64,000 nucleotides of DNA, taken from the NCBI GenBank assembly GCA_902635975.1, contig CACPQC010000001.1:18780-82779 (forward strand), given 5' to 3'. The position numbers were made by a program, and so were the translations under genes. This document shows, in pieces, positions 9,982 through 22,439 of this stretch. The notes under the pieces are model-generated. The model was not told where the DNA came from. It worked only from the letters and a program-made list of their open reading frames with translations, and did not search any database. Numbering within the stretch: the first letter of the stretch is position 1; each line of letters starts with the position of its first letter. The DNA is from an uncultured Pelagibacteraceae bacterium. Its GTDB lineage: Bacteria > Pseudomonadota > Alphaproteobacteria > Pelagibacterales > Pelagibacteraceae.

Positions 9982-11355
9982 TTATAAAAAGTAAGCTCCT
10001 ACACCTAAAAAAGATACAAAACCGATCACATCAGTTATGGTTGTTACAAAAACACTTGATGCTATCGCTGGATCTATATTCATTTTTTTTAGTGTGACAG
10101 GTACCAATATCCCAAACAAACCTGCAACAATCATTGTCAAAATCATTGAAATTGAGATTATTAAAGAGAGTATAATATCTTGAAACCATAACTGAACAAT
10201 AAAAGAACTTATAATTGCAAAAATAATTCCATTTAAAATACCAATATTAAATTCTTTAAAAATATTTTGATTAAAATTATTTTTCGTTAAATCATTAGTG
10301 GCAAGAGTTCTAACTGTTACAGCTAATGTTTGCATTCCAGCATTGCCACCCATTGATGCAACTATTGGCATCAAGAAAGCTAGAACAACCATTTGTTCAA
10401 TAGTTGCTCCAAATAAACTAATACAATATGTGGCTAAAAATGCAGTGAAAAGATTTAATAACAACCAGTTAAATCTTCTTTTAGTTTTTGTTATCACACC
10501 ATCTGTGATTTCTTCATCTCCTACACCTGCTAATCTTAATGCATCTTCTTCTGCTTCTTCTTTTAAAACTGTTAGAACATCATCTGACGTGATCATTCCA
10601 ACTAATTTGTTATTCTTATCAATTACACATGCTGAATTTAAATTATAATTTTCAAATGAGTTACCAACTTCTTCTCTATCCATGTCTACTGGCACTAAAA
10701 AAATAGAATCATCCATTATTGATGACATCTTTGTTTCTCTTGGTGTTCTTAGAACTTTTGATGATGGTACAGCGCCAATAGGTTTAAAATTTTCATCTAC
10801 AATATAAATTTCTAAAAATTGTTCTGGTAAATCTTTATTTTCTCTCAAATAATCAATAGTTTGACCAACAGACCAGTTACTTGGTATTGCAGTAAATTCT
10901 CTCTGCATTATCCTAGCTGCACTATCCTCAGGATAACTAAGACCTTCCAATAAAGCAAAACGATCCTTAGGTGGTAGTAAACTTAGAATGGAGTTTTTAT
11001 TTTTTTCATCTACATTTTCAAGAATAGCTATAGCATCGTCTGACTCCAGGTTCTTCAATATTCTAACAATTGCGTCAGACGAAAGATATTTTATTATTTC
11101 AATCTGAATTGACTCATTTAGCTCAATAAAAACCTCAGGATCTATTTTGAAATTATTAAGTTTAATTAAACTTTCTCTGTCATTTTGACTTAATTGTTCT
11201 ATGATATCAGCTGCATCGGCAGGGTGCATTTCTTTAAAAGAATTTGTGATAAAAGTTGCATCATTATTTGAAATTTTATCAGTGACTACTTTTATGTATT
11301 CTTTATTGAATTCAAAATTGACTTTTTTATCTTTGATTTTTTTAATTAAAGTCAT
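9982..11355 (-). CDS. mgtE: Magnesium transporter MgtE
   Basis: N domain, CBS pair, MGGNAGMQT, DPAIASSVFVTTITDVIG. Confidence 0.96.
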   Translation of the reverse strand: MTLIKKIKDKKVNFEFNKEYIKVVTDKISNNDATFITNSFKEMHPADAADIIEQLSQNDRESLIKLNNFKIDPEVFIELNESIQIEIIKYLSSDAIVRILKNLESDDAIAILENVDEKNKNSILSLLPPKDRFALLEGLSYPEDSAARIMQREFTAIPSNWSVGQTIDYLRENKDLPEQFLEIYIVDENFKPIGAVPSSKVLRTPRETKMSSIMDDSIFLVPVDMDREEVGNSFENYNLNSACVIDKNNKLVGMITSDDVLTVLKEEAEEDALRLAGVGDEEITDGVITKTKRRFNWLLLNLFTAFLATYCISLFGATIEQMVVLAFLMPIVASMGGNAGMQTLAVTVRTLATNDLTKNNFNQNIFKEFNIGILNGIIFAIISSFIVQLWFQDIILSLIISISMILTMIVAGLFGILVPVTLKKMNIDPAIASSVFVTTITDVIGFVSFLGVGAYFL

Positions 11356-11415
11356 AAATTTTCCTATTATTTAGGTCGATCTTTTAATACATAATCAAAA
11401 GATTACAATTTTTAA

Positions 11416-12036
11416 ATGAGTATAGAAATTAAAAAGTCTGAAAAACCTGTTATTTATGAGGATGCTGTAAAAATTATGGAGGAAAGATTATTGAATGTAG
11501 ATCTAAATAAATCAAATGAATTAATTTGGACTTTAGAACATCCAGATGTTTATACAGCAGGGACAAGCTATAATGAGAGAGATATTTTAGATAAATCGAT
11601 AAAAATTTTAGAAACAAATAGAGGGGGTAAAATTACCTATCATGGGCCGGGTCAATTAATTTGTTATTTTGTAATAGACCTTAAAAAAAGAAAAAAAAAT
11701 ATTAGAAATTTTATTTCAATAATAGAAAAAACAATAATAGAAACCATACAATTTTTTAATATAAAAACTTTTTCAGATAAAGAAAATATTGGAATATGGT
11801 ACAAAGATAATGAACGAACCAAAAAAGTTGCTGCAATTGGTGTGAGAATTAGTAAATGGATAGCCTATCATGGTTTTTCAATTAATATCACCAATAATCT
11901 GAAAAAATATGATGCAATAATTCCATGTGGCATCAAAAATAAAGGAATAACAAATCTGAAACAAATCAAAGACCAAGATTATAAAGAGTTAGAAAAAAAA
12001 CTAGTGGAAGTCTTTATTTCAAATTTGAATAAGTAA
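11416..12036 (+). CDS. lipB: Lipoyl(octanoyl) transferase
   Basis: [27 protein letters not shown]. Confidence 0.96.
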   Translation: MSIEIKKSEKPVIYEDAVKIMEERLLNVDLNKSNELIWTLEHPDVYTAGTSYNERDILDKSIKILETNRGGKITYHGPGQLICYFVIDLKKRKKNIRNFISIIEKTIIETIQFFNIKTFSDKENIGIWYKDNERTKKVAAIGVRISKWIAYHGFSINITNNLKKYDAIIPCGIKNKGITNLKQIKDQDYKELEKKLVEVFISNLNK

Positions 12037-12931
12037 GTCTTTTAATTTTTAATAATTTTTTAAAATAATCAGGAAGTAAAGCTTTATAAGTAAATTTTTT
12101 ATCCTTGATCATAAATTTTATTTCATATGCATGTAACATCAATTCTTTGTTAGTACCTGTTGTATTAGTGAAAGATTTATATTTATTATCACCATAAATT
12201 GAGTGACCAATATTAAAAAGTTGTTTTCTTAATTGATGTTTTCTTCCAGTAATAGGTTTCATTTCAATAAGGCTGGATTTCGAATTTTTATCAATTACTT
12301 TGTAGATTGTTTTTGCTTTTTCGATAATTTTTTTTCCATTATCATAGCGAACTAAATCATCATTCCATTCCCCTGAATTTTTTTCAAGTTCACCGTGACA
12401 TATAGCTAGATAGGTTTTATGGACTTTTCTCAATCTAAACAGTGATGTTAATAATTGAGCTGTTTCTCTATTTTTAGCCATTAAAAAAACACCAGATGTG
12501 TCTTTATCTAATCTATGAACAGAAAAAGGTTTTGAATTTAGAAAAATTTCACTTTTCTTAAATATATCTATCAAGTTTTTTTTTGATTTTGTTCCACCCT
12601 GAACAGAAATGCCAGCACTTTTATTTAATACTATAAAATTTTCATTATTATCTATTATCAAATCTTCATTTGCTTTAATAATTTGATTTGAGGGATTAAA
12701 ACTAGTTCTTTTTTGTAAAATTCTCTCCTCAAATTTAAAATCATGTAAATCAATTATGTCATTTAATTGAATCTTATAGGAGCTTTTGACTTTCTTTTTA
12801 TTGACTTTGATTTTTCCTAATCTTAGAGATTTTTCAATTAGTCCTTGAGGAATGTTACCAATTGTATTCCGTATCCATCTATCAACACGCATGTTATTAC
12901 ACGTTGAAGCAACGATGTAATTTTTTACCAT
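12014..12931 (-). CDS. rluC: RluA/RluC family pseudouridine synthase
   Basis: S4 domain, [17 protein letters not shown]. Confidence 0.85.
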   Translation of the reverse strand: MVKNYIVASTCNNMRVDRWIRNTIGNIPQGLIEKSLRLGKIKVNKKKVKSSYKIQLNDIIDLHDFKFEERILQKRTSFNPSNQIIKANEDLIIDNNENFIVLNKSAGISVQGGTKSKKNLIDIFKKSEIFLNSKPFSVHRLDKDTSGVFLMAKNRETAQLLTSLFRLRKVHKTYLAICHGELEKNSGEWNDDLVRYDNGKKIIEKAKTIYKVIDKNSKSSLIEMKPITGRKHQLRKQLFNIGHSIYGDNKYKSFTNTTGTNKELMLHAYEIKFMIKDKKFTYKALLPDYFKKLLKIKRLTYSNLK

Positions 12932-12940
12932 AAAAAAATA

Positions 12941-13390
12941 TTATTTTGATGCAGCTACCGGTTTTTTATCTTCTTTTTTTTCAGTCTCTTTAGAAGTATT
13001 TTTTTTCTTTTTATCTACTTTTTTTGCCTCAACATCTCTGTCTACAAACTCGATAATAGCCATTGGTGCGTTATCACCATATCTGAAACCAGCTTTGATT
13101 ATTCTTGTATAACCACCCGATCTTTTTTCATATCTTTTAGATAATGTTTTTTTAACTTTGTTTGCTGATTTGATATCTTGTAACTGTGAAACTAAAATTT
13201 TTGTGTTATGAAGAGAATCTTTCTTACCTAATGTGATAATCTTATCAGCCTGAGGTTTTAAAAATTTTGCCTTAGGTAAAGTTGTCTTTATTTGCTCATA
13301 TTTTATCAAAGAATTAAGCATATTTTTTAACAATGCTTTTCTATGTTCAGATGTTCTATTAAGTTTTTTATTAACAAACCCATGTCTCAT
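12941..13390 (-). CDS. rplQ: 50S ribosomal protein L17
   Basis: [18 protein letters not shown]. Confidence 0.98.
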   Translation of the reverse strand: MRHGFVNKKLNRTSEHRKALLKNMLNSLIKYEQIKTTLPKAKFLKPQADKIITLGKKDSLHNTKILVSQLQDIKSANKVKKTLSKRYEKRSGGYTRIIKAGFRYGDNAPMAIIEFVDRDVEAKKVDKKKKNTSKETEKKEDKKPVAASK

Positions 13391-14419
13391 TTAAATAGCT
13401 TCCTCAAGTTTTTTTGACATTTCAGCAATATTATCTGGTGGCCAATTTGGTATCTCCATACCCAAATACAAAGACATTCCTGTTAAAACCTCTTTAATTT
13501 CATTGAGTGATTTTCTTCCAAAATTTGGTGTTCTTAACATTTCACCCTCTGACTTTTGAACAAGATCACCGATGTAAATTATGTTATCATTTTTTAAACA
13601 GTTCATTGATCTCACTGAAAGTTCTAATTCATCAACTTTTCTCAATAAGTTTTTATTAAATTCTGGTTCAGTGGAAACTTCTTTCATAGGAGTCTCTACT
13701 GGTTCATCAAAGTTAATGAACATTTTTAATTGATCTTGAAAAATTCTTGCAGAATAAGCAACCGCATCCTCTGCAGATATAGAGCCGTTTGTTTCAACTT
13801 GCATTGTTAATTTATCATAGTCTAGTGCTTTACCTTCTCTTGCAGTGCTCACCGAGTAAGAAACTTTTTTAACTGGACTATATAAAGAGTCTATTGCAAT
13901 AAGTCCCAATGGTGGTTCTTCTGGTTTATTAAGTTCGGCAGGCACATATCCTTTTCCAGTATTTAGATTCATCTCCATATGAAAATTAGTATTTTCGTCT
14001 AAGTTACAAATTACTAAATCAGGATTAAGAATTTCTACATCAGCCACTGGTGTAATATCAGAGGCTTTTATTTCTCCAGGTCCTTTCGCGTCTAAAATTA
14101 ATTTTTTAGTCCCTTCAGATGCACATTTTAGAGCTAAAGATTTTACATTTAAAACAATATCTGTCACATCTTCTCTCACACCTTTAATTGAGGTAAATTC
14201 ATGTAATACTCCATCTATTTGTATTGAAGTTACTGCAGCTCCTCTTATAGAGGATAATAGAATTCTTCTTAAAGAATTTCCTAAAGTAAGCCCAAAACCT
14301 TTTTCTAAAGGTTCAGCAACTATAGTAGCCTGAGAAAAGTCATCACTAATTTTAACATCTAACTTAGCTGGTTTAATTAATGACTTCCAATTTTTTACGT
14401 TTACATTTTCTGTTTCCAT
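13391..14419 (-). CDS. rpoA: RNA polymerase alpha subunit
   Basis: [24 protein letters not shown]. Confidence 0.99.
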   Translation of the reverse strand: METENVNVKNWKSLIKPAKLDVKISDDFSQATIVAEPLEKGFGLTLGNSLRRILLSSIRGAAVTSIQIDGVLHEFTSIKGVREDVTDIVLNVKSLALKCASEGTKKLILDAKGPGEIKASDITPVADVEILNPDLVICNLDENTNFHMEMNLNTGKGYVPAELNKPEEPPLGLIAIDSLYSPVKKVSYSVSTAREGKALDYDKLTMQVETNGSISAEDAVAYSARIFQDQLKMFINFDEPVETPMKEVSTEPEFNKNLLRKVDELELSVRSMNCLKNDNIIYIGDLVQKSEGEMLRTPNFGRKSLNEIKEVLTGMSLYLGMEIPNWPPDNIAEMSKKLEEAI

Positions 14420-14871
14420 TAAACTCTCCTTTTTTTTGGTGGTCGTGTCCCATTGTGAGGCATGGGCGTTGTATCTTTTATAGATAAGATCTTAAATCCT
14501 CTTGCTTGCAATGCCCTTAAGGCTGTTTCTCTACCTGATCCTGGGCCTTTTACTTCTACAGATAAAGTTTTCATCCCTAACTCCAGAGCTTTTGATGCAG
14601 CTGAGTCAGCAGCAATCTGAGCAGCATAAGGAGTTGATTTTCTTGAGCCCTTAAAACCTTTTTGACCTGCAGAAGACCAAGAAATTATATTTCCATTAGT
14701 GTCAGCAATTGATACAATAGTGTTATTAAATGTAGACTGAACATATGCAATACCATTTAAAATATTTTTTTTGACTTTTTTCTTTTTTGAGTAAGTACTT
14801 TTAGAAAAATTTTTTGAATTTTTTTCTAGCTTCTGTTCTTTAATATCAGTTTTTTTTTCAACTTTTGCCAT
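14419..14871 (-). CDS. rpsK: 30S ribosomal protein S11 (Lys-rich N-terminal extension)
   Basis: [24 protein letters not shown]. Confidence 0.98.
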   Translation of the reverse strand: MAKVEKKTDIKEQKLEKNSKNFSKSTYSKKKKVKKNILNGIAYVQSTFNNTIVSIADTNGNIISWSSAGQKGFKGSRKSTPYAAQIAADSAASKALELGMKTLSVEVKGPGSGRETALRALQARGFKILSIKDTTPMPHNGTRPPKKRRV

Positions 14872-14873
14872 AA

Positions 14874-15257
14874 TTACTTTTTAAGTGGAGTTAACTTTTT
14901 CCCAGCTATAGCTATTGCTTTACCTTTTCTTGTTCTAGCATTGCATCTTGTTCTTTGACCCCTAACTGGTAATTTTTTTCTATGTCTTGAGCCTCGATAA
15001 CATGCTAAATCAACCAGTCTTTTAATGCTCAAAGAGTAATCTCTTCTAAGATCACCTTCAACTTTGAAATGCTGATCTATGTATTCTCTTATTTTTAATA
15101 TTTCATCATCAGTTAACTGATTAACTCTTTTGTCTTTTGGAATTTGTAAAGATGAGCATATTTGCTGTGAGAACTTATTTCCAATCCCATAAATATATGT
15201 AAGTCCAATTTGAACAAGTTTATTTTGTGGAATGTTAATACCTGCAATACGAGCCAT
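14874..15257 (-). CDS. rpsM: 30S ribosomal protein S13
   Basis: [21 protein letters not shown]. Confidence 0.99.
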   Translation of the reverse strand: MARIAGINIPQNKLVQIGLTYIYGIGNKFSQQICSSLQIPKDKRVNQLTDDEILKIREYIDQHFKVEGDLRRDYSLSIKRLVDLACYRGSRHRKKLPVRGQRTRCNARTRKGKAIAIAGKKLTPLKK

Positions 15258-15282
15258 ATATAAGTGATAAAAAATTTAGCCT

Positions 15283-15310
15283 TTTATATAAGAAGTTATT
15301 TTAATGTCAA
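15283..15310 (-). promoter_or_regulatory. Putative sigma70 promoter of the alpha operon
   Basis: TTGACA-N16-TATAAA on the minus strand between adk and rpsM. Confidence 0.6.
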
Positions 15311-15314
15311 CGGG

Positions 15315-15878
15315 TTAAACATTGATAATTTCATCAATTTTTGCTGTTATTACCTCAATTTCAGAGGCTCCATCGATTTCATGGAAATTTGTATTTTTTG
15401 AGTAAAAATCTAAAACTGGTTTTGTTGTTTCCATATAAGTATCATGTCTTTTAAGAATAGTCTCCAAGTTGTCATCTGACCTTTTTTCTATATTTTTTCT
15501 TTTCTCTATTCTTTTAATAATAATTTCTTTTTTTACATTAAGAAAAAAAATGTGACAAATTTTTTGATTTGATTCTTTTAGTAAAAGATCTAAATTTTTG
15601 GCCTGCCTTAATGATCTTGGATAGCCATCAAAAATCAATTTGTTTTTTTTTTGAGGATCAAATATATAATTTTTGATAAGATTATTAACTATTTGATCAT
15701 CAACAAATTTTCCTTCATTCATATTCTGGATTATCTTTTTGCCTATTTCTGTGTCTTTTTTAATTTCGTCTCTCAGCATGTCACCTGTTGAAATTTGGAA
15801 GCCATTTAATTTTTTTACTAAATATTTAGCTTGTGTCCCTTTACCTGCTCCTGGAGGTCCAAATAAAATTAGGTTCAC
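15315..15878 (-). CDS. adk: Adenylate kinase (short, LID-less form)
   Basis: GPPGAGKGTQA, STGDMLR, DGYPR, RSDD; GTG start. Confidence 0.97.
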   Translation of the reverse strand: MNLILFGPPGAGKGTQAKYLVKKLNGFQISTGDMLRDEIKKDTEIGKKIIQNMNEGKFVDDQIVNNLIKNYIFDPQKKNKLIFDGYPRSLRQAKNLDLLLKESNQKICHIFFLNVKKEIIIKRIEKRKNIEKRSDDNLETILKRHDTYMETTKPVLDFYSKNTNFHEIDGASEIEVITAKIDEIINV

Positions 15879-15884
15879 TTTTTA

Positions 15885-17165
15885 TTATTTTCCAAATTTA
15901 GTTTTTTTAATTAATTGCTCGTATTGTGAACTCATTAATCTTGTTTGAATTTGAGTCACGGTATCAATCGCTACAACAACTACAATCAATATTGATGTTC
16001 CACCTAAATAAAATGGTATAGGGTAATTAGCGATTAAAAATTCTGGCATTAAGCATACTAATGTAAGATACAAAGCGCCTATAGTAGTTAATTTAGTTAA
16101 AATATTTTCTATATATAAAGCAGTACTTTCACCTGGGCGTATGCCAGGAATAAATCCTCCATATTTCCTAAGATTGTCAGCTGTCTCAACCGGATTAAAT
16201 GTTATAGATGTATAAAAAAAAGTAAAAAAAATAATTCCAGATGCGTAGAGTAACATATAAAGTGGTTGACCTTGAGTGAAATAAGAACTTATATTTAAAA
16301 ACGTATCATTGTCAGAAAAATTAAAATTTGAAAAAGTTACGGGTAACAATAAAAGTGCTGAGGCAAATATAGCTGGAATAACTCCCGCCTGATTAATTTT
16401 TAATGGTAAATGTGAGGACTCTCCACCATACATTTTATTACCCATTTGTCTTTTTGGGTAGTTAATCAAAATTTTTCTTAGCGCTCTCTCCATAAATACA
16501 ATAAATAATATAGTTATTATAAGTAAAACAAAAATTGCAATTATCATCAATGTAGATACAGCCCCAGTTCTTCCTAATTCAAAAGTTGTAACTAAAGCCC
16601 TAGGTATTTCAGCTACAATACCTGCAAAAATAATTAAAGATATTCCGTTACCAATACCTCTCTGAGTAATTTGTTCTCCGAGCCACATTAAAAAAATTGT
16701 ACCTGCTACTATAGTTGTAACTGTAGAAATTTTAAAAAATAAACCTGGATTAATAACTAAGTTTGCAGAAGACTCTAAACCAACTGCTAAACCGTAGCCC
16801 TGTACTGTAGCTAATAATACAGTTCCATATCTTGTAATTTGAGTTATTTTTGCTCTACCAGTTTCTCCTTGGGATTTTAAATTTTTGAAATAATCACTTA
16901 CCCCAGTTAGTAACTGAACTATAATTGATGATGAAATATAGGGCATTATACCTAAAGCAAATATCGCCATTCTACTTACTGCTCCTCCAGCAAAAACATT
17001 GAACATTCCTAATAATCCTTTTTGATTTCCCTCCATTAATAATTTTAATTGTTCAGGGTCAATACCTGGTAAAGGTACAAATGTTCCAAATCTATAAACA
17101 GATAAAATAAGAATGGTAAAGATAATTCTATTTCTTAAATCAGTGGTAGATGAAGAGGAGCTCAT
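15885..17165 (-). CDS. secY: Preprotein translocase SecY
   Basis: FALGIMPYISSSII, GFIPGIRPG, GGTSILIVV. Confidence 0.99.
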   Translation of the reverse strand: MSSSSSTTDLRNRIIFTILILSVYRFGTFVPLPGIDPEQLKLLMEGNQKGLLGMFNVFAGGAVSRMAIFALGIMPYISSSIIVQLLTGVSDYFKNLKSQGETGRAKITQITRYGTVLLATVQGYGLAVGLESSANLVINPGLFFKISTVTTIVAGTIFLMWLGEQITQRGIGNGISLIIFAGIVAEIPRALVTTFELGRTGAVSTLMIIAIFVLLIITILFIVFMERALRKILINYPKRQMGNKMYGGESSHLPLKINQAGVIPAIFASALLLLPVTFSNFNFSDNDTFLNISSYFTQGQPLYMLLYASGIIFFTFFYTSITFNPVETADNLRKYGGFIPGIRPGESTALYIENILTKLTTIGALYLTLVCLMPEFLIANYPIPFYLGGTSILIVVVVAIDTVTQIQTRLMSSQYEQLIKKTKFGK

Positions 17166-17175
17166 TAGTTATTTT

Positions 17176-17628
17176 TTACTTTTTTAATTGTATCGAACCA
17201 CCAATTTTTTCTAATTTTTTTAAAGCTGATTTTGATACTAGATCAGCCTCAATATTTATTTTTTCTTTTATTTCTCCAGTTCCTAAAATTTTTAATTTTT
17301 TAGAGTTTTTGTTAATTAATTTAAGTTTTTTTAATAGTTGTGAGTTTAAAATATCAGAGGGTTTAATATTTTTTTTATCTATAAAAGACTGGATTTTTTC
17401 TAAATTCAAAATTGCTATTTCATTTTTAGAAATTGGATTAAATCCTCTTTTAGGAAGTCTTCTATAAAGAGGCATTTGACCACCTTCGAAACTTTTTATC
17501 GCTACCCCTGATCTAGATTTTTGTCCTTTGACACCCCTTCCAGAAGTTTTACCTTTACCTGAGCCAATACCTCTTCCAACTCTTATTTTTGTCTTATTAA
17601 TTTTTAATTTGGTATTTAAAGTAGTCAT
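17176..17628 (-). CDS. rplO: 50S ribosomal protein L15
   Basis: [32 protein letters not shown]. Confidence 0.99.
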   Translation of the reverse strand: MTTLNTKLKINKTKIRVGRGIGSGKGKTSGRGVKGQKSRSGVAIKSFEGGQMPLYRRLPKRGFNPISKNEIAILNLEKIQSFIDKKNIKPSDILNSQLLKKLKLINKNSKKLKILGTGEIKEKINIEADLVSKSALKKLEKIGGSIQLKK

Positions 17629-17630
17629 TA

Positions 17631-18146
17631 TTACCCTCTCTTTTCTATTACCTCAGAGATCTTTTTATTTCTAATTGATGAAATCTGTTTGGGCGAATTT
17701 TGTTTCATTAATGCTTTCATAGTTGCTCTTATCACGTTGTGAGCGTTAGATGTTCCCATAGATTTAGCAACAATATCTTTAACTCCTAAAACTTCACAAA
17801 CGGCTCGGACAGGGCCACCAGCGATTATCCCTGTTCCTTTAGACGCAGCTCTTAAGATGATTTTACCCGAACCATCTTTTGCTTTTACATCATGGTGAAT
17901 AGTCCTTCCTTCTCTTAATGGAATATGAACCAATTTTCTTCTAGCCATCTCGTTTGCTTTTTTTATAGCATCTGGTACTTGTTTAGCTTTAGCATGTGCT
18001 ATACCTATTCGACCTGCTTGATTACCAACAACAACTAAAGCGGAAAAACCAAATCTTCTTCCACCTTTTACAACCTTAGTAATCCTGTTTATGTGAACTA
18101 ACTTTTCAAGTATGTCATCATTTTTTTTATCTATATTTTTTTCCAT
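17631..18146 (-). CDS. rpsE: 30S ribosomal protein S5
   Basis: [18 protein letters not shown]. Confidence 0.99.
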   Translation of the reverse strand: MEKNIDKKNDDILEKLVHINRITKVVKGGRRFGFSALVVVGNQAGRIGIAHAKAKQVPDAIKKANEMARRKLVHIPLREGRTIHHDVKAKDGSGKIILRAASKGTGIIAGGPVRAVCEVLGVKDIVAKSMGTSNAHNVIRATMKALMKQNSPKQISSIRNKKISEVIEKRG

Positions 18147-18149
18147 ATC

Positions 18150-18506
18150 TTAAAATTCCATTCCATTTTTACGAAGAGTTTCAGCAAAAATTTTTACTCT
18201 ACCATGATATTTATAAATTCCTCTATCGAAAAAAATTTTGGTTATTTTTTTTTCTTGTGCTTTTTTAGCTAATTTCTCAGCTACAATTTTAGATAACTCA
18301 GATTTATTCACTTGTTGAAGAGATTTAATATCTTTTTCAATAGACGAAGCCGATAATAAAGTTATATTTTTATCGTCATCTATTATCTGAGCAAAAATAT
18401 TTTTTGATGACCTTGAAATACTTAATCTAAATCTATCTTTTGCAGCGACTTTTTTTATTTTACTTCTCACTCTAAATTTTTTTCTAGTAGTTGTATCTAA
18501 TTTCAT
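18150..18506 (-). CDS. rplR: 50S ribosomal protein L18
   Basis: [13 protein letters not shown]; spc operon position. Confidence 0.97.
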   Translation of the reverse strand: MKLDTTTRKKFRVRSKIKKVAAKDRFRLSISRSSKNIFAQIIDDDKNITLLSASSIEKDIKSLQQVNKSELSKIVAEKLAKKAQEKKITKIFFDRGIYKYHGRVKIFAETLRKNGMEF

Positions 18507-19045
18507 TATTTTTTCTTCCCTTCTTTTTTGAGAATATATTGGCCTTTCTCTCTTATTCCTTTGCCTTTATAAGGCTCAATTTCTCGAAGCGTTTTAATTT
18601 TAGAAGTCACTAAACCAACAAGTTGTTTATCTGAGCCAGAAATCTTTAATGTGGTTTGTTTTTCTACAACTATTTTAATACCTTCTGGAATATCAAAATT
18701 CACATCATGACTATAACCTAATTGCAGGTTTAATTGATTACCTTTAATTGAAGCTCTGTATCCGACACCTACAAGTTCTAAGATTTTTTCATATCCTGCG
18801 CTTGATCCTAGAACTGCGTTATTAATTAAACTTCGATTCATCCCCCATAATCTTTTGGTATTTTGATCAATTTTTTTTGGTGTAATTGAAATTTCTTTCC
18901 CATCTTTTATATCAAGAGTGAAAACATCAAGGTCAATATTCAATGATTTTTTTCCCATTGGTCCCTCAATATTCAAGATACTACCTGAGATAACAACTTT
19001 AACTTTTTCTGGAATTGAAATGTTTATTTTACCAATTTTAGACAT
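18506..19045 (-). CDS. rplF: 50S ribosomal protein L6
   Basis: [15 protein letters not shown]. Confidence 0.98.
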   Translation of the reverse strand: MSKIGKINISIPEKVKVVISGSILNIEGPMGKKSLNIDLDVFTLDIKDGKEISITPKKIDQNTKRLWGMNRSLINNAVLGSSAGYEKILELVGVGYRASIKGNQLNLQLGYSHDVNFDIPEGIKIVVEKQTTLKISGSDKQLVGLVTSKIKTLREIEPYKGKGIREKGQYILKKEGKKK

Positions 19046-19440
19046 TAGAATACCTTACAAATAATTTCCCCACCAACTCGTTGCTTTCTTGCATCAAGAT
19101 CTGTCATTACACCTTTGGGTGTAGATACAATAGCTATACCTAAACCATTATTAATTTTTGGTAATCCATCTGCACTTGAAAAGATTCTTCGACCTGGTTT
19201 GGAAACTCTCTCAAAAGTATTAATAACTGGATTTCCCGAATGATATTTGAGCTCCAAAGATAACAGATTTTTGTTATTTTCAGAGTTAACTTTAAAGTTT
19301 TTTACAAAACCTTCATTCTTCAAAATTTCTGCAATCTTCACTTTAAAATTAGAAGACGGTAATTCCACTTTTTTATGACTTCTAGATTGAGCGTTCTTAA
19401 TCCTTGCTATCATATCTCCTATTGGGTCGCTTAAACTCAT
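19045..19440 (-). CDS. rpsH: 30S ribosomal protein S8
   Basis: DPIGDMIARIKNA, SKPGRR; start set to ATG 19440. Confidence 0.98.
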   Translation of the reverse strand: MSLSDPIGDMIARIKNAQSRSHKKVELPSSNFKVKIAEILKNEGFVKNFKVNSENNKNLLSLELKYHSGNPVINTFERVSKPGRRIFSSADGLPKINNGLGIAIVSTPKGVMTDLDARKQRVGGEIICKVF

Positions 19441-19451
19441 AATTATCCTTT

Positions 19452-19757
19452 CTACCAACTAGATTTAACCAAACCTGGTATTTTTCCCTGTAAGCCAAGT
19501 TGTCTCAATGCAATTCTTGATATTTTTAATTTTCGGTATACCCCGTGTGGTCGACCTGTTATTTGACATCTGTTCATCACTCTATTTTTTGCCGAATTTC
19601 TTGGCAATTTTGATAATTTTTGTTGAGCTTTAAATCTTTCTTCCAGTGGTAATTTTTTGTTCATGACAATTTTTTTTAGTTTCTCTCTTTTTTTATAATA
19701 TTTATTCGAAAGTTTTATTCTTCTATTATTTTTATTAATTGAGCTCATTTTAGCCAT
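19452..19757 (-). CDS. rpsN: 30S ribosomal protein S14 (long, Zn-free form)
   Basis: 101 aa, NRCQITGRP, PGLVKSSW. Confidence 0.98.
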   Translation of the reverse strand: MAKMSSINKNNRRIKLSNKYYKKREKLKKIVMNKKLPLEERFKAQQKLSKLPRNSAKNRVMNRCQITGRPHGVYRKLKISRIALRQLGLQGKIPGLVKSSW

Positions 19758-19758
19758 T

Positions 19759-20313
19759 TTAATTATCTCCTCTTTTTATAAATGGAAAATTAAATTTTTG
19801 TAATAATGCATAGCTGTGTTCAAGATTTTTATTAGATATAACTATAGTAATATCAAGACCTCTTACTTTGTCAGCTCTGTCAAAGCTTACTTCAGGAAAT
19901 ATAATGTGTTCTTTAATTCCAAAAGTGTAATTGCCAAATTTATCAAACCCTTTAGATGATAATCCTCTAAAGTCTTTTATTCTTGGTAATGCTATATTCA
20001 CTAATCTATCTAAAAACTCATACATTTTATTTTTTCTTAAAGTAACCTTTAATCCTGCATTTGTCCCTTTTCTAGTTTTAAAATTTGCGACAGATTTTTT
20101 AAATTTTGTTATGATTGGTTTTTGTCCAGTTATTTTTGCCAAGTCCTCCTCACAAGATTTTAATAATTTACTATCGTTACCATCTAACCCTAAGCCCATA
20201 TTCAGAATAACTTTTTCGATTTTAGGCCCCATGTTTGTATTCTTATAACCAAATTGCGATTTAAGTGCCGGTTGAACTTCTTTAAAATAATAATCTTTTA
20301 ATCTAGGTATCAT
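19759..20313 (-). CDS. rplE: 50S ribosomal protein L5
   Basis: ITGQKP, LPRIKDFRG. Confidence 0.98.
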   Translation of the reverse strand: MIPRLKDYYFKEVQPALKSQFGYKNTNMGPKIEKVILNMGLGLDGNDSKLLKSCEEDLAKITGQKPIITKFKKSVANFKTRKGTNAGLKVTLRKNKMYEFLDRLVNIALPRIKDFRGLSSKGFDKFGNYTFGIKEHIIFPEVSFDRADKVRGLDITIVISNKNLEHSYALLQKFNFPFIKRGDN

Positions 20314-20558
20314 TATTTTTTAACCTCTTTTTTGTCCTTATTTTTTTCATTTATCAATTTCAAATTAGATAAATTAATAAAACTCTCTTTTGAAAAAATC
20401 CCACCTTTTTTTTCTTTTGTAGTTTTTACGTGCTTCTTTACCATATTTATATCTTTAACTTTTGCTCTGTTGTTTTTCCTATCCAGCTCAATCACTTCAC
20501 CTTCTTTTTTTTTATCTTTACCAGCTAAAACTAAAACTTTTAATCCTTTTTTGATCAT
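20313..20558 (-). CDS. rplX: 50S ribosomal protein L24 (short)
   Basis: KOW-like VLAGKDK; lies between rplN and rplE. Confidence 0.93.
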   Translation of the reverse strand: MIKKGLKVLVLAGKDKKKEGEVIELDRKNNRAKVKDINMVKKHVKTTKEKKGGIFSKESFINLSNLKLINEKNKDKKEVKK

Positions 20559-20927
20559 TTATAAGACCTCCGGTGCTAAAGAAATTATTTTCATCTGACC
20601 TCTAGATCTTAACTCCCTCGTAACAGGACCAAAAATTCTTGTACCAACTGGCTCACCTTTATCATCAACTAACACAGCTGCATTATTATCAAACTTTACT
20701 TTAGATCCGTCGTCTCTGTGGATTCCTTTTTTAACTCTTACTACGACAGCTTTATGAACCGAGCCTTTTTTCACTTTTCCTTTTGGAATAGCCTCTTTAA
20801 CAGCAATAACTATTGTATCACCCACGCTAGCATATCTTCTTTTTGACCCACCTAATACTTTAATACACTCAATTTTTTTTGCTCCAGTATTATCTGCTAC
20901 CTGCAATTCTGTCTGAACTTGTATCAT
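20559..20927 (-). CDS. rplN: 50S ribosomal protein L14
   Basis: [23 protein letters not shown]. Confidence 0.99.
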   Translation of the reverse strand: MIQVQTELQVADNTGAKKIECIKVLGGSKRRYASVGDTIVIAVKEAIPKGKVKKGSVHKAVVVRVKKGIHRDDGSKVKFDNNAAVLVDDKGEPVGTRIFGPVTRELRSRGQMKIISLAPEVL

Positions 20928-20929
20928 TA

Positions 20930-21163
20930 TTAATTACTCTCCATTACTTCAAATTTTTTATTTTTAGAATAGGGCTTACTTTCAATAATTGAAACCTTAT
21001 CTCCATTTTTATATTTATTGTTTTCATCGTGTGCATTATATTTTTTTTTAACTTTAACAACTTTTTTTAAAACTGGATGTGAATATTTCCTTTCGACCAT
21101 CACTGTTATAGTTTTGTTTGGTTTGTCACTCACTACTATTCCTGTTAAAACTTTTTTAGGCAT
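20930..21163 (-). CDS. rpsQ: 30S ribosomal protein S17
   Basis: GIVVSDK, AHDENN. Confidence 0.97.
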   Translation of the reverse strand: MPKKVLTGIVVSDKPNKTITVMVERKYSHPVLKKVVKVKKKYNAHDENNKYKNGDKVSIIESKPYSKNKKFEVMESN

Positions 21164-21347
21164 TTATTTTTCCTTTTAAAACAGTTTTTAATCTTGCGAT
21201 TGTTTTTTTTGTTTGCCCAATTTGGGCTGGATTTGTAACCTGTGAACTAGTTTTTTGAAATCTAAGATTAAATAAATCTTTCTTATATTTATCAATGTTC
21301 TTTAACAATTCTGATTTTGTTAATTTTTTTATTTCTTGTTTTTTCAT
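21156..21347 (-). CDS. rpmC: 50S ribosomal protein L29
   Basis: LFNLRFQ..IARLKT. Confidence 0.95.
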   Translation of the reverse strand: MKKQEIKKLTKSELLKNIDKYKKDLFNLRFQKTSSQVTNPAQIGQTKKTIARLKTVLKGKINA

Positions 21348-21348
21348 T

Positions 21349-21759
21349 TTAAACAAACCTTTTTATTGTTTTTGTTTTAATAGGTAATTTTGCTGAAGCT
21401 TTATATAAAGCTTCTTTTGCTATTTGTTCAGAAACGCCATCAACTTCAAATAGGATTCTTCCGGGTTTCACTCTGCAAGCATAAAACTCGGGACTACCCT
21501 TGCCTTTACCCATCCTAACCTCAATAGGTTTTTTTGATACGGGAATATTTGGAAATACTCTTGTCCATACCCTTCCTTGTCTTTTCATATGCCTTGTTAA
21601 TGCAACTCTGGCCGCCTCTATTTGTTTACCTGTAACTCTATCTGGAGTTAGGGCTTTTAAAGCGTAAGCTCCATAATTTATAAAATTTGCTCTAGAGGCA
21701 TTACCATGTATCCTTCCCTTGTGGGCTTTTCTCCATTTAGTTCTTACTGGTTGCAACAT
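21349..21759 (-). CDS. rplP: 50S ribosomal protein L16
   Basis: RMGKGKG, KLPIKT. Confidence 0.99.
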   Translation of the reverse strand: MLQPVRTKWRKAHKGRIHGNASRANFINYGAYALKALTPDRVTGKQIEAARVALTRHMKRQGRVWTRVFPNIPVSKKPIEVRMGKGKGSPEFYACRVKPGRILFEVDGVSEQIAKEALYKASAKLPIKTKTIKRFV

Positions 21760-22439
21760 TATATTTTTGACTCTTTAATTATTGTTTTATTTGTTTCCTG
21801 GCTAAATTCTTTAGCAAAAACCTCACCTTTATATATCCAAACTTTGATACCTATAATTCCATAGGTTGTTAATGCCTCTGCTTCGGCATAATCAATATCA
21901 GCTCTTAATGTGTGTGAAGGTATACTGCCATCTCTTAACCACTCTGTTCTTGCAATTTCATTTCCACCCAATCTTCCACTAATTGATACTTTAATACCCT
22001 TAGCACCTAATCTTAGGCAAGACTGCATTGATCTTTTCATGGCCCTTCTATATGAAATTCTTTTGACTAATTGTTGGGCAATATTTTCTGCAACTAAATA
22101 AGCATTAGTCTCAGGTTTTTTAACTTCTTTTATATTTAATGTTACTTCATTACTTGTAAATTTTGATAAGTTATTCTTTATTTTATCTATATCGCTGCCT
22201 TTTTTGCCAATTACAAATCCTGGTCGTGAAGTATAAATTGTAACATAACACTTATTAGACGTTCTCTCTATCATGACTTTAGAAACTCCTGAATTGATAA
22301 CATTTTTTTTTATGTATTCTCTAATTTTAAAATCTTCTATTAAATAATTACCAAAATCCTTTTTCTTAGCGTACCAAACAGAGTCCCAACCCCTGTTTAC
22401 TCCTAATCTAAAACCTACTGGATTAACTTTTTGACCCAT
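21759..22439 (-). CDS. rpsC: 30S ribosomal protein S3
   Basis: [17 protein letters not shown]. Confidence 0.99.
   Translation of the reverse strand: MGQKVNPVGFRLGVNRGWDSVWYAKKKDFGNYLIEDFKIREYIKKNVINSGVSKVMIERTSNKCYVTIYTSRPGFVIGKKGSDIDKIKNNLSKFTSNEVTLNIKEVKKPETNAYLVAENIAQQLVKRISYRRAMKRSMQSCLRLGAKGIKVSISGRLGGNEIARTEWLRDGSIPSHTLRADIDYAEAEALTTYGIIGIKVWIYKGEVFAKEFSQETNKTIIKESKI

Noticed and set aside
12014-12036. Convergent overlap of lipB and rluC (and the 3-7 nt gaps at ridA/ugd, panC/mgtE and phosphorylase/GGCT)
   Set aside because: This is an ordinary consequence of genome compaction, with no evidence of a dedicated antisense system.
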